NCBI RefSeq assembly: GCF_009914755.1
Contig: NC_060928.1
Strand: one strand, 5' to 3'
DNA length: 64,000 bases
Source of the DNA: the human T2T-CHM13v2.0 reference genome, Homo sapiens
Shown: positions 43,591-60,220 of the stretch, piece after piece
Numbering within the stretch: the first letter of the stretch is position 1
Layout of the letters: each line of letters starts with the position of its first letter
Made by a program: the position numbers and the translations under genes
Notes under the pieces: model-generated
Seen by the model: only the letters and a program-made list of their open reading frames with translations
The model's database searches: none
What the model was told of the DNA's origin: nothing

Positions 43591-44493
43591 AAATAATTTT
43601 GACCCAATGGTCTCTGTGAAGGAGTCTTGGGGAATCCCAAGTGTCCCCAGACATACTTTAAAAACAGCTACCTTAGAGGAAATACCTGTGTGGATTCCTT
43701 CCTCTTCTAGTTGTCCTTCACTGCTACTCCTCCTGGCCAATACAGGCCTTCCCCATGAGGCAGGAGGATTTCACCCCAATCTCAACCCACCCTAATGACA
43801 CAGAGTAAGGCCCAGCTTTAGAGCTGTGCTTACAGGTGTCCACAGGACCTCAGTCTTAGAAGACAGCACATGGCAAGAACAGACATGAATACACATTAAA
43901 CCAAGGCCAGGATGCCTCCTGGCTCCATCTTCCACAATGACATCACTTTGCCCTAGTTTTCCCACAGGTGAGTCAACAACTTCCCACGTTAGATAGATGA
44001 TAGCACAAGCAAGCCTATATTAGTTAGGATTAAGTTTAGCTAAATATAAGGACCAAAACAAAATTTTTTTACAGTAGCTTAAATAAGATAGAAATGTATT
44101 TCTCTTTCATGTAAAAGAAATCTAGGAATAGGCATCCCAGGACTGGTATGGTGGCTCCACAAAATTGTCAGGGACCAGTATCCTTTCAGCTCACAGTCGG
44201 CCCTCCCTATGTTATATGCTCATCCTCAAGATCCAAGGTGGGCGCTGAGCTCCAGCTATTGCAACTATATTCCACCCAGAAGAAATGGAAAAAGAACATT
44301 TCTCCAGGAGCTATGATACTTCTGTTTAGGTCTCATCGGCCAAAATTAAGTCACATATTTACCTACAAAAGAATTTAGGAATGTATTTTTTCAGTTGGGC
44401 AACAACATGTCATACCAATGAAGAAGGGAAGAAGGAATGTTGGGAGGCACTAAGCACACTTGGTCACAAATCATCAATTAGAGTTCTTCCCCT

Positions 44494-44560
44494 CTAGAAT
44501 TCAGCAAAGCCAAATTGAGATGGCAGCTAGAATTCAGCAAAGCCAAACTGAGATGGCAGC
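44494..44560 (+). repeat. 33-bp tandem duplication
   Basis: CTAGAATTCAGCAAAGCCAAAYTGAGATGGCAG twice, 32/33 identical. Confidence 0.95.
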
Positions 44561-44902
44561 CACTACCTGACTCACCAGCCAGGTGACTCAGTCCTGCCCA
44601 CCAGCCTGTCAGCAAAACTGTGTTTCTACATGTCACAGACCTTCCACATTGCTAAAAATATTCACACCTCTGAATGTTACATTTTTGAATGCAGAGGGTC
44701 TACTATTTGGCATATTCTCTAAATTTTCAAATTATATGTTTTTATGTAAAAATTATTATCTATGTCAGACACTGAACGTAAATACACATAAACATTAACC
44801 TAAAAGTTTACAGAGATTATTTCTGGGTAGTAGAATCACAGAACATTTTTCTTTGTTGTTGTTGTTGTTTTCATTCTTTTCTGTAGATAAAAATGTTTCT
44901 GT

Positions 44903-45336
44903 GACCGGGCAAGGTGGTTCACACCTGTACTCCTAGCACTTTGGGAGGCTAAGGCGGGCAGATCACTTGAGGCCAGGGGTTCAAGACCAGCCTGGCTAAC
45001 ATGGCAAAACTTCATCTCAGGTGGGTGCAATGGCTCACACCTGTAATCCCAGCACTTTGGGAGGCCAAGGCAGGCAGATCACAAGGTCAGGAGTTCAAGA
45101 CCAGCCTGGCCAACATAGTGAAACCCTGTCTCTACTAAAAATACAAAAAATCAGCTGGGCGTGGTGGTGGGCACCTGTAATTCCAGCTACTAGGGAGGCT
45201 TGAGACAGGAGAATTGCTTGAACCCAGGAGGCGGAGGTTGCAGTGAGCCAAAATCATGCCACTGCACTCCAGCCAGGGTGACAGAGCGAGACTCTGTCTC
45301 AAAAAACAAACAAACAAAAAAAAAAAAAACAAAAAG
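44903..45336 (+). mobile_element. Alu left monomer fused to a full AluS
   Basis: Monomer 44903-45017, dimer 45019-45336. Confidence 0.92.
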
Positions 45337-45378
45337 CTGTTCCTCCAATGTACACACATGGCTTCATTGCTTCTATAA

Positions 45379-45720
<342 letters not shown>

Positions 45721-46879
45721 CGTAATTTCTTTTCTAGAGCCCAGTCTTATAGCCCTATTATTCATTAGTTGAGGGATTTATTTATTTACAACCCACAGTA
45801 GCTGAAACCAGAAATAATTTAAGAAATCTGGTGCTTGAAATAGTTCTTTACTCCTCAACCACTCTATTTCTTCTCAAATAACATTTCTGGGGTTAAATAT
45901 AAAAATTACATCATGACTGTTCTTAATATTTCAAAATTATGTCTTGTGGTTTAAAGACAGCCTGAGAATAAATGTAACCCACAAACATTTTGAAGTTCCG
46001 ATCTGCTATTGCAATTATATATGAGTCAGAAGAAGGGGAAAGTTCTACAATTAAGACTTTGTAAGGAAAAATGAATGTTTTTCTTCCCAGAAACTCCCCA
46101 GGAAGAATTCCCCTTCTGCACTTTTGACTTTGTCCATTTGCCAGGGAATTTTTTACAACTGAAAGTGAATCCAGCCAATCTGGTAATAGCTGACTCCCAG
46201 GGTGTTGTTCTGCTCTTCAGTCCCCATCACCATCCAGCCATTGACATGACCACAGGAACTCAGGAAGGGGATGGTGGCCAGCACTGGTCAAGGAAGAAAA
46301 TTCTGACACAAGCTAAAACATGGATAAACCTTGAGACATTATCAGTCCCAAAGGCAAACAGCATAAGTCTCTGGCTTCCAGAGGGAGCTTGTTAATTATC
46401 CTACCCATCCCGCACTGCTTTTTCTCCAGAAAGGACATTTACTGAAAGGCAATTCTTTTTGATTTTTATATTTGTGCTTGTTGTTCCTACCCTAGAGCCA
46501 AAAGACTGACAAGCAATTTAAACACACCAATCCTGCTAGAAAAACACCCAAAGGCACATGTATAAATGCATTAACTTCACACACAAAGAATAGCCCAGTT
46601 ATATTTACTGAAGATTTACACAGTGTGAGGTAACAGATAAAATGGGTCTAGACTGGACAGAAGGCTCAATTACTTGTCTCAGGGAAATAAAGAGAAAGCT
46701 AGTTATTCCATTCACTTGAATCTACTCCACATCTAGCTATTGATGAGTACAAGACAGGTGGCGGATCCTACAACCCTCCTTGTAGGGCACACAGTAACAA
46801 CCTTTCGCAGTGCAGCCCGGCTGTCATATTTGCAAGGCATACAGTAGCACCAGGATAAAATATAAAATTTTCATGATCA

Positions 46880-47391
<512 letters not shown>

Positions 47392-47414
47392 AAACAACGG
47401 GTTGTGTGTTCTTA

Positions 47415-47840
47415 CTTTTTTATTTTTTGTTGTAAATTGTGCCAAAAAGCATATAAAATTTACCAACTTGACCATTTTTAAGTGTACAGTGGTATTAAGT
47501 ACATTCACATTATTGTACAATAATCTTTACTATCCATCTCCAGAATATTTTCACTGTGTAAAACTGAAACTCTGTACCCATTTAAAAAGTCATTCTCCAT
47601 TTTCCCTTTCTCGGCCCCTGGAAGCCACTACTCCGTTATACTTTCTGACTTACAAATTTGACTACTCTAGGTCCTCGCTATGAATGGAATCACATGCTGT
47701 ACTAGCTGTCTTTTTGTGACGAGTTTATGGTGTCTCAAGGTTCATCCGTAGTTGTAGCATCCATCAGAATTTCCTTCCTTTTTAAGGCTGGACAATATTC
47801 CTTTGTATATGCCATATTTTGTTTTTCCATTCTTCCATCA
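47415..47840 (-). mobile_element. L1MB-like 3' end
   Basis: ACCATTTTTAAGTGTACAG..GGTATTAAGTACATTCACATT. Confidence 0.8.
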
Positions 47841-48133
47841 ATTTGATTTGAACTTTTTTTATTTTAACATAAATGCTTGTAACCATTTGAAAAGTCATGT
47901 AAAAAGTCACTTGAAAAGCACATTCTCTAGAAGGTGCATAGAGGTCCCTTGTCAGTCTCATCTACATGAGGATTCAGAGTTCAATGAGGAATCACAAACG
48001 GACAGTTATCTTTTCATTGCCAGCTTATGAATAGCTTCCGCTAACAAATAACACAGTCTACATTTTCTCACCTGGGCATCCCACATTTCTTTCTGCATAT
48101 TCCTTAATCAACCAATACATATGTATTGGGATA

Positions 48134-48140
48134 TGTGTGT

Positions 48141-48178
<38 letters not shown>
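48134..48178 (+). repeat. (TG)n microsatellite
   Basis: Interrupted TG run. Confidence 0.95.
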
Positions 48179-48799
<621 letters not shown>

Positions 48800-49542
48800 T
48801 GAAAAGAAAAAAAAAAATGAGTAAGAGTAAGCCTGGATAAATTCACTTTCCAGAGGAGGAGACATACCCACAAATCCTAATACAGCGTAATCAGTTCAGT
48901 AATAGAGGTATTTATGCACAAGGTGCTGAGGGAGCACATTAAGGGAAGGATTATTTCAGTATAAGTGAGTCAAGACTACCCAGAGAAGGTTACATTAAAA
49001 CTGGACATTAAAAAAGATATTTGCTTGGTGAAGAAAGTTGCCAAAGGTGTTCTATGCAGAAGAAACAGTGTGAGCAAAAGGCTTGAAAGCTTTGCTACCT
49101 CCAGAAGAAAGCAAGTATTCTGGTGGCTAGAGGGCAGAATGCATTAGTAAGAGTAGCAAGGGATGGGGTGCAAGAGAGATCACAGGGCTAGGCTGTGCAT
49201 GAGGCTTGCTAAGGAATTAGTACTTTTTCTGCAGAGCAAAGGTCTTTAACCTGGCGGGGAGAGTGGGCATGGAGGGGAGCAGTGGGTGGAAGAAGGGTAC
49301 ATCCTGATGAAATGTGTGCTTTGTGAAGACCATCATTCCACCAATCAGGATAGGTTAGCGTAAGAAGAAACGAAGAAAGAGAATGAAGGCAAGAGAAAAG
49401 GACCAGGAGATCCCTAAATCTGAGTGAATATTTGACCAAAGACAATGTTTTTTCCTCCGTCAGCAGAAATGAGAGCTGATGAGCAAGTGGAATTCAATTT
49501 TGAAAAATATTATATTTCTGTGCTTCTGCATTTTAAAACTGC

Positions 49543-49545
<3 letters not shown>

Positions 49546-49582
<37 letters not shown>
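49546..49582 (+). repeat. (TG)n microsatellite
   Basis: About 18 units. Confidence 0.96.
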
Positions 49583-49585
<3 letters not shown>

Positions 49586-49617
49586 TGTACAATGTTATAC
49601 AAGAAAACGGTAATGTT

Positions 49618-49905
49618 GGCCAGGTGCAGTGGCTCACGCCTGTAATCCCAGCACTTTGGGAGGCCGAGGCGGGCAAATCACGAGGTCAGGAGTTTGAGAC
49701 CAGCCTGGCCAACATAATGAAACCCCGTCTCTACTAAAAATATAAAGATTAGCTGGGCATGGTGGCGCATGCCTGTGATCCCAGTTACTTGGGAGGCTGA
49801 GGCAGGAGAATCGCTTGAACCCAGGAGATGGACGTTGTGGTGAGCCAAGGTCACTCCAGTCTCGGCAACAGAGCAAGACTCCATCTCAAAAGAAAAGAAA
49901 AGAAA
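49618..49905 (+). mobile_element. AluS
   Basis: TSD AAGAAAAYGGTAATGTT. Confidence 0.95.
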
Positions 49906-50267
49906 ATGGTAATGTTGGCTATCATTGGGCGGGAAATTTAAGGACAGCTTTAATTTTCTTCTTTATACTCTCCTCTATTTCTCAATGTTCTGTACATAAA
50001 TATATTTCTTTTAACAATAGGAAAAAAATATTTTTTAAAACTGTAATTTCTAGTCATCCCTAGCTCTTTCATGTTGTGGAAGTTATCATTTGATTGTGTG
50101 GTGAGTTGGGGAGCTCCACTCATCCCTAACCAAGCCCCAGAATAGGGTCCCAGAACAATAGATATTCCCAGATCTGACTGTACCCCCAAAATAAATGCAT
50201 GCAAGTAATGGGAGGGGGAAAAGAATATACACAAAAGAAAATGTGTGACCCTTACATCCACATGGGG

Positions 50268-50332
50268 AATATATATACATATATGTGTGTGTATGTATAT
50301 ATATATATATATACACACACATATATACATAT
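50268..50332 (+). repeat. Compound (TA)/(TG)/(CA) microsatellite
   Basis: Quasi-palindromic alternating purine-pyrimidine run. Confidence 0.9.
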
Positions 50333-50769
50333 AGTGAAAAGTGGAAAAGGGTGGGCTTTGTACTGGTTTACTTTTGAAGGATAGAAAAAGTGAAGGATAG
50401 GAGGGTAGTATTCCAAGCTGGGTGAATGGTGTGAGCAAAGAGGAATGCATGGAGTGCTTGGCAGAAGGTAAGGGGACAAGCTACTTGGAACAGAGGATTC
50501 AGGGAGGAAAACAGGCTGGAAAGGTGGGTTTGAGACCAAGAATCCTTGAGGCAGTGGGAATCAATAGTTGTGAGTAACAGTTCTGATGCAAGAAACACAG
50601 GACTTTAGGAAGATCAGTTTGAGGGTGGTGGGCAGGAAAAATTGCCAGAAAGGAAATGGGGTTGGAGGTGCGGCTTCCTCATTGCCACACCAGGAAGAGA
50701 GTGGTTAGAGCAAAATGTCCATCGCCAATGCTATGTCTTCACTGGTCCCTTTCAAACGTGCTGTTTCTT

Positions 50770-51310
50770 TCTTTAAAAATAAAAACAAATGTATTGAGAT
50801 GTAATTCCTATGCCATACAGTTACACATTTAGAGTATAGAATCATTGCTTTTTAGTATATTCATGTAGTTATACAAATGTCACCATAATTTAATTTTAGA
50901 ACATTTTCATAAAAGAAACCTCATACCCATTACCAGTCTTCTCCCATTCTCCCCTAACCCTCCAGTCCTAAGCAGCCACTAATCTATTTTCTGTCTCTAT
51001 GGCCTTTCCTGGGTATTTCATATAAATGGAATCATATAGTGTGCAGTCTTTTGTGCCTGACTTCTTACACTTAGCATGAGGTTTTCAAGGTTTTCCGTGT
51101 TATATATCAGTACTTCATTCCTTTCAAGGCTGAATAATAATATTCCAGTGTATGGACATACCACATTTCACTTATCCATTCATTAGTCATTCTAGTTATT
51201 TCCACTTTTGAGCTATTATGAATAATGCTGCTATAGGCATCCATAGTTTTGTGTGGATATAGGTTTTCATTTCTCGTGGGTGTATAGTGAGGAGTGGAAT
51301 TGCAAGATGT
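50770..51310 (-). mobile_element. L1MB-like 3' end
   Basis: GCAGCCACTAATCTATTTTCTGTCTCTATGG...GGAGTGGAATTGC. Confidence 0.85.
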
Positions 51311-51669
51311 ATGTTAACTAGATTCAGTTAATCTGAATGTTTCTGTTTCTGACCTATTCTTTTACAGGCTCTTTGATGAATCTTGCTGTTCATTTGTTCA
51401 TTCGTTTTTGAAACTGGCTTCTCACCCAGTGTAACTCTGAATTTCATTCAGCCAGTGCAGCCTTCACCCTAACTTGACTCAGCCTTTCTTGTGATTTTCA
51501 AAGCTGAAAAGGAAGTAGGTATGTGCCAGAGCCATCTGCTCTTCTCAAGAAAGCAGATTTGGCCATGGAGCAAGTCGACTCAGCCCACATTCAGGCTGCC
51601 CTGTGCCTCCTACACTTTCATGGTAAAAAAAACCAAACATGTCTCTCTCTCTTAAGTCTAGGTAAATTG

Positions 51670-52027
<358 letters not shown>

Positions 52028-54222
52028 TCAAGCATCTTCTGCTAGAACTCTTTTCCCCTGTTGATTGAGACAAAGATTCCTTAAGGAGGGATCCCAGGAT
52101 CTCAAAACCAGTAACTGTCAGAGCAATGGCTGAAGCTCAATGCTTTAGAAATGTGTGTAAAATTAGAACTATCAAGAGGGTTTGTTGTTACTGTTGCTTA
52201 GGGTTTTATGCAGGAACACCTGAGAAATAAATGACAACCAGAAGGAAAGAAAAAAAGCAACATTTTGCAAGCCCTAGGTTAAGATGATGTCATGTGAAAC
52301 AAAACAAACAAGTTTTTTTAAATACAGCCAAAGCAAAGATAAGAGACAGTTATAATAAACGTCTTGTATCTTCAGATTCCAGAACATCTCCTCCCCTAGG
52401 AGTCAATGTGATGGCAACCAAAGTCACGTACAGTACTAAAAATGCTGAGTTAGCCAAAACCAACTAACTGACCTATGATCAATACCGAAAGTCATCAATG
52501 GGTAGTTAAGCAATAGCAAATGATAGACCTGTTCTGAAGACTTGACAATGGAGGGAGCAAGATTTATACCTCAATATTGTTCTAACAATATTTCAGCATC
52601 CCTGCCAGCACTGTATGATTATAAATGGATTCTGCTAAGAGTAATAACCTCACTCCCAGAATCCTATATGTATGGGAAATAGGGTGCCAGGGGAACAGCC
52701 ATACTGAGAGAGAGGTGTTATAAAGCTTGAGTTAGGAAAGAGATTAATGTTCCAGTGTTATAGAACAAAACATTCTGAGGAACACAAGATGATGGCCTGT
52801 CTCTCTGTTATTGGGAACTTGTAACCTACAAAGAAACATAAGAGGTAACAAGTAACTTGACATAAGAAGCAGTGAACTACCTGCCTTAAGAAAGTAAGGA
52901 TTTAACTCTTATGGTACAAAGCATGGCATAAACTGGAAAGTGTTCTGTTCAATCAGAAGAGGCAGATCCCCTCCTCCTCTTGTTTCTGAATTCTTTCATG
53001 CTGATGAACTAACACATCTTCTGGAAAAATCATTCAACATGGCTATTTTTAAATGTTCTCAGAAAAGAATCTTTCTGGGGAATGGACATAGGCGTGGGAC
53101 GTCTGGCAACAAAACATGCTTGGTCTCTGCTTTGGAGGAGACCCCAGACAACAGGTATGCCCCTCCCAACCTTTCTCAACCATGACCCCGGTCCCTCGCA
53201 AGAGTAAGCTTTACCAGTCTTGTCCAAAGCAGGCTACACATGGATAAGCTCAGGTTACAGCTGGTGGGTGGGTATTAATTTTTGCTACCCAGTTCTGGTA
53301 TGCTCAATAAAAGTTCTGGACATCCATACATCTGTTTCAGTTTCCCCCGGTGCCTATTCTGCCTGGAAGGTGTAGGCATGGAGATGAGGCCCTTCCCCCA
53401 TTTCCCCATAGAGACTCTCATTATTCTGTCCTAAAACCAAATCTGTTCAGTTGAGGTTTTGATATCTGCCAACATCAGATGGCCCTATCCTCCACGGCAC
53501 CCCTAAACTGTTAGCTTTTCAGTGAGGCTATTATCAAAGCTGTCTGGACCACTTAGGGTCATAGCTCTGCAACTCCTCTGTTGCCAGATATCAGTTTTCT
53601 TGGTCTTCTATTGCAATGTGCCAGCTCCACTATCCCTCCCCATTCTGAATCTTACACTTTGATCATCTGGATACGCCCACTGGGCTCTTCCTTTAGCCGG
53701 GTGCTTTCCCAGTACCTTGTCCCAACTTCTTCCCTTTACCTCCTGGCTGGCTGCCTCAAGACTGGTTGAGGTTATTACAGTGCACCTAAGGGTAATAGAA
53801 ATTCAAGAAAATGCAAGTACACTGTGAGACTGACCTCTGACCTTGCACATGTGGATCTCAGTTGCATCACTTTAATTTCCCTGCCTTTTCTTCTTCAAGG
53901 AGCCCAAGACCAAAAATATTAAAAAGAGAGAAAGGAAGTATACTAGTCAGGATTCTCCAAAGAAACAGACCAATAGGATATACAATTGACCCTTGAAAAA
54001 AGTGGGGGCTGGAGTTATCGACCCCTCCACAGTCGAAAATCCACATATAACTTTTGACTCTCCAAAAATTTAACTACGAATAGTCTACTGTTGACCAGAA
54101 GCCTTACTGATAACATAAACAATCAATTAACACATATTTTGTATGTTACATGTATTATTTACTGAATTCTTACAATAAAGATAGCTAGAGAAAAGAAAAT
54201 GTTATTTTAAAAATCATGAGGA

Positions 54223-54517
54223 GGCCGGGTGCCATGGCTCACGCCTGTAATCCCAGCACTTTGGGAGGCCGAGGCAGGCAGATCATGAGGTCAGGAGATC
54301 GAGACCATCCTGGCTAACACGGTGAAACCTCGTCTCTACTAAAAATACAAAAAATTAGCCGGGCGAGGTGGCAGGCGCCTGCAGTCCCAGCTACTCAGGA
54401 GGCTGGGGCAGGAGAATGGTGTAACCCGGGAGGTGGAGCTTGCAGTGAGCTGAGATCGCACCACTGCACTCCAGCCTGGGCGACAGAGCAAGACTCCATC
54501 TCAAAAAAAAAAAAAAA
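54223..54517 (+). mobile_element. AluY
   Basis: TSD AAAAATCATGAGGA. Confidence 0.96.
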
Positions 54518-54587
54518 TCATGAGGAAGATAAAATATATTTACTATTCATTAAGCGGAACTGGATCATCATAAAGGTCTTCATCCTC

Positions 54588-55009
<422 letters not shown>

Positions 55010-55475
55010 TCAAACCTTTGTTGCTCAAAGATCAACTGTACACAGATACATAGCAAGAGATTTATTATGAGGGATAAGCTTACGTGATTATGGAGGCTGA
55101 AAAGTCCTGTGATCTACAATCTACAAGCTGGAGGCCCAGGAAAGCCAGTGGTGTAGTTCCAGTCCAGCCCCAAAGGCCCAACAACCAGGAGCACTGATGT
55201 CTGAGGGCAGGAGAAGACAGGTGTCCCACCTCAAGCGGATTGCAAATTAGCCCTTCCTCCACCTTTTTGTTCTATTTGGGTTCTCAACAGATTGGATGAT
55301 GCCCACCCACACTGATGACGGTGATCTTTTTTACTGTGTTTCCTGATTCAAATTCCACTCTCTTCCAGAAGCACCATCACAGAAATACCCAGAAATAACA
55401 TTAACCAGCTATATGAGCATGCCCTAGCCCAGTCAAGTTGACACATAAAATTAATCGTCACAAGAAGGAAGTGAC

Positions 55476-55529
55476 GGGGAGGGGAGGGGAGGGGAGGGGA
55501 GGGGAGGGGAGGGGAGGGAAGGGAAAGGG
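55476..55529 (+). repeat. (GGGGA)n, potential G-quadruplex
   Basis: Eight GGGGA units plus GGG runs. Confidence 0.93.
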
Positions 55530-55531
55530 TC

Positions 55532-55622
55532 CTCACTAGTGACGTAGGAATTGTCTAAATATTCCTAATGACCTTTCAACTTGAACTTAGTTCTTGTTTT
55601 CACTCATCAGAATCACATCAGG
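55532..55622 (+). repeat. Dispersed direct repeat, copy A
   Basis: Matches 59486-59578 with 6 substitutions and one 2-bp indel. Confidence 0.95.
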
Positions 55623-56031
55623 AGGGAGGAAATGATGGGATGGGAGGGAGAAATCTACCTCTGGTGTTTGAAATTTCATAATAACCCATCATACTCTACA
55701 ACAGACTTCAACCAGCTAGCAATATCTCTACACGTTTTTCTTTTAACACTAAGTTTCCGATAAAAGAAACTTGCATTTAGTTGAGTTCTGCCTATACTCA
55801 GATTCCTTTCTCAGGAGCCAGGGTTGAAGGCCCAGCAGGCAACTTTTCCAAGGAGAGAAATAGCAAATGAAGTTAACTGACATTAATGAAAGTAAATATT
55901 TTATCAATGAAAAAATAATTCTCCCACCTATGATGAAAACTATTTTTTTTAGACTGATGGATAAAAATTCTAAATCATTTCATATACATTGGCTGCATTC
56001 TAATGTCTGCTTATGAAAAACAACAATGCTC

Positions 56032-56347
<316 letters not shown>

Positions 56348-56930
56348 TTATATGAATTACATTTCTCTCTTTTTATAATTAATTTTTTATACAACAAATG
56401 TACATTTATTGTCTAAAAATTCTAACAGTACAGAGGTATACAGGGTACAAAAGTCAAAATCTCGGTTCATCTCTCCTCAGGCCCGATAGGGTTGAGACTC
56501 ACCACAATATACTTTTTTTTTTCTGAAAACATGTCACGTTCATAAGCACATCATACTTTCTATGGGAAGCAATGATTAGCTGTTCACAGTGGACCCCTCC
56601 AGACTTTTTCTATATATCTGTATCTATTTACACATATAGGTGCTATAAATCTTTTATGTTTTTATTACATATGTTGGATTGTATTAAACATATTGTTCTG
56701 AAACTTGCTTAATATTAAGTCAGAAACATCTTCTGTGTCAATACATCCAGCACTGCCTGACTCTCCTTTGCAGATGTAGAGTTATCACTGAACCATAAGT
56801 GTTTGGTAGCTGTTTTTAGTTTTCCCAGTTCGGCTATTTTCAGATTTTCTTTAATGCCGACTCTGCTGTAATAAATATCCATGTGCATTATACATATGTT
56901 GCTGAATCAATGCGTGTGAGCGTTACTGTT

Positions 56931-57249
56931 GTATTTTATTTTTATTTTTATTTTTACTTTTATTTTATTTAAACAGCATCTTACTCTGTCACCCAGGCTG
57001 GAGTGCAGTAACACAGCTCACTGCAGCCTTGACTTCCCAAGCTCAAGCGATCCTCCCACCTCAGCCTCCTGAATAACTGGGACCTGAATAGGCATACACT
57101 ACCATGCCAGGCTAATTTTTTCTATTTTTTGTAGAGACGAGGTCTTGCTATGTTGCCCAGACTGGCCTTGAACTCCTGGCCTCAAGCAATCCTCCCACCA
57201 TGGCCTCCCAAAGCACTGAGATTACAGGCGTGAGCAACCACATCCAGCC
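56931..57249 (-). mobile_element. AluJ within an L1ME-like region
   Basis: TSD TGAGCRTTACTGTT. Confidence 0.93.
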
Positions 57250-57733
57250 TGAGCATTACTGTTTTGAGAGATATTCCCAAAGTGCTCTCCACAAAGGGTT
57301 ACAACAACGAACACTTCCATCAGCTGAATGTGAGATTATATTTTTACTTTATTTTGGAGAATGAAGGTAGCATATTATTATTGTATTTATTCGTATTTCC
57401 CTACTTGTGAGATTAAATAATTTTCAGATGTTTCTCAGCCATTTATATTTCTTTTTCTGTAAATTGCCTTAAGTTTGCCCTTTTCTTTTGACTTACTTTT
57501 TCTTGCAATTTGAATCCCTTTAAATATTATGGTTCTCATATGGTTCTGTGAAAACACTTCCTCTCTCTGCTATTTGACACGTAGCTTTAATTATGCATCA
57601 TTCATTAAATGGAAGTTTTTAAAATAGTTATGAGGACAGATCTGTCCATCTTTTCTTCATGGTTTTTGTGGTTTCAGACTTTTTTGAAAGGCCATCTTTA
57701 CCCCCAAGTTCGTTTAAAAAATAAAAAAAAACA

Positions 57734-58082
<349 letters not shown>

Positions 58083-58115
58083 CTACCTTCTAGTGCCTTC
58101 ATGGAAAGTTTTTAA

Positions 58116-58406
<291 letters not shown>

Positions 58407-59485
58407 AATATTTGAATTTCTAATTCATTTGGAATATGCTTCTGAAAACAATATGAAACAAAAATCCCTAACATGATGATGGTGGAATCCCTGTCCTGCT
58501 CCCATCTTCAATAGAAATCTTCTGATGTTTCATCATTATATCTACAGTGGCTTCTGCCCTTATCAAAGCTTGTTAATAGTTTCTTTTCAAATAAAGAATG
58601 TACGTTGAATTCTATTGAGTGCTTTTTCAACATCTAATGAGATCATCATTTGAGCTCTTTCAATTTATTAACATGTGAATTGCATTATTGGATTTCCTAA
58701 TGTCCAAATTTTATTGTTTCTCTAAAAGTTATATTTCTCAATTTTTCAATGTGTCTCAAATTTCTGATACGAAAGAAATGATATTTTTCAGTATGAACCA
58801 TCTTCTAAAAAGCAAAAACGAAATGACATTTTTATTCTGCATTATTTAGGAAGATTTAAAAATGAAAATCTAATTATTCTGCTTTTTCAATATCCAAAGC
58901 CATGTAAGTAACACAGAAGAATATGTTTTTGTTTTGTTTCTTTCTAGAAAATAAGTACGCAAATTGGTATTGTAGCATATGGCCCCGGCATTAAATTTAC
59001 TTTTTTTGAGACTCTTGTTTCCATGATGCTTTTCATTTGCATTCAGTTGTAGGTTATCTTGTAATGCAGAACGCATTTCTTAAGTGGCTCTCAATGTGCC
59101 AGGTTCTGGGCTTGCTTAGCAAGAGTCACAAAATTTGTTACAGCCAATCAATCCTCAGTCCGCTGAAGCAACAGAGAATCATCAGGGTCTCATATTTCTA
59201 TCTATAAGCAGAAAGATGCCATGTTTATGCTAACCTCATTCACAGAAGGCACAATGTCAAATGTTTTAACAGCAGCCACAATTTGTGTTCATGAGTATGG
59301 AGTCATCTTTGTATCTTCCATGTGTACTACCATGTAGAGTTGTGTGATTAATAAGTTATTTTCAAATAATGCTGATGGTGAAGAAGGTGTTAAAGAATAA
59401 CGAGAACTGGCAGCCACAAGAACCATTACACAAATTAATGTATGACTGTATATGTACATAAGGTCATCTAAACCATCTTTGTATT

Positions 59486-59578
59486 CTCACTAGTGACGTA
59501 GGAATTGTTTCGAAATAGTCCCAATGACCTTTCAACCTGAACTTAGTTCTTGTTTTAACTCATCAGGATCACATCAGG
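59486..59578 (+). repeat. Dispersed direct repeat, copy B
   Basis: Matches 55532-55622. Confidence 0.95.
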
Positions 59579-59817
59579 TTTTTTTCTGTCAAGTATTCAA
59601 ATAACATGAACTGGTATGTTTCAATCTGTCAGTAACTGATTATGAAACTTCCTATATTTGCTGAAAATATATCCTAATAATTTGTATTAATACATAATTT
59701 ATTAAACAAACCATTTTTTCAGGCCTAGTTATTTGTGAAAACTTTTTGTAACCTTTCAAGAAATATAAATCAAAAAAGAATAGTCTCGCATAAAGACCTT
59801 TTCTATAAGCCAATTGG

Positions 59818-59902
59818 TCTTGAACTCCTAGCCTCAGTGATCCTCCAGCCTCAGCCTCCTGAAGTGCTGAGATTATAGGCGTGAGCCACCACACCCAGAC
59901 CC
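59818..59902 (-). mobile_element. Tail-less 5' Alu fragment
   Basis: Perfect 16-bp TSD TCTATAAGCCAATTGG. Confidence 0.9.
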
Positions 59903-59949
59903 TCTATAAGCCAATTGGAAATTAAATGAACAATAATATTAAAATGATA

Positions 59950-60220
59950 CTAAACCACATGTTCTCACAAGTGGGAGCTAAAGAATGGGTACTAATGGAC
60001 ATAAAGATGGCAACCATAGACACTGGGGACTACTGGAGGGAGGAGGGAGGTGGGGGCAAGGGTTGAATAACTACTGGGTACCATGCTCAGCACCTAAGTG
60101 ACAGGATCAGTCCTACCCCAAACCTCAGCATCACACAACATACCCAGGTAACAAATCTGCACATGTACCACCTGAATCTAAAATAAAAGTTGAAATTATT
60201 TAAATATAAAAAATAAAGTT
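59950..60220 (+). mobile_element. L1PB/L1MA 3' end
   Basis: CATGTTCTCACAAGTGGGAGCTAAA...CCTGAATCTAAAATAAAAGTTGAAA. Confidence 0.88.

Noticed and set aside
49950-50450. 166-aa minus-strand ORF
   Set aside because: Runs through a TA/TG microsatellite and old repeat sequence; no recognisable protein.
53460-53593. 15-bp inverted repeat (14/15) with ~105-bp spacer
   Set aside because: Does not extend; roughly expected by chance in 64 kb.
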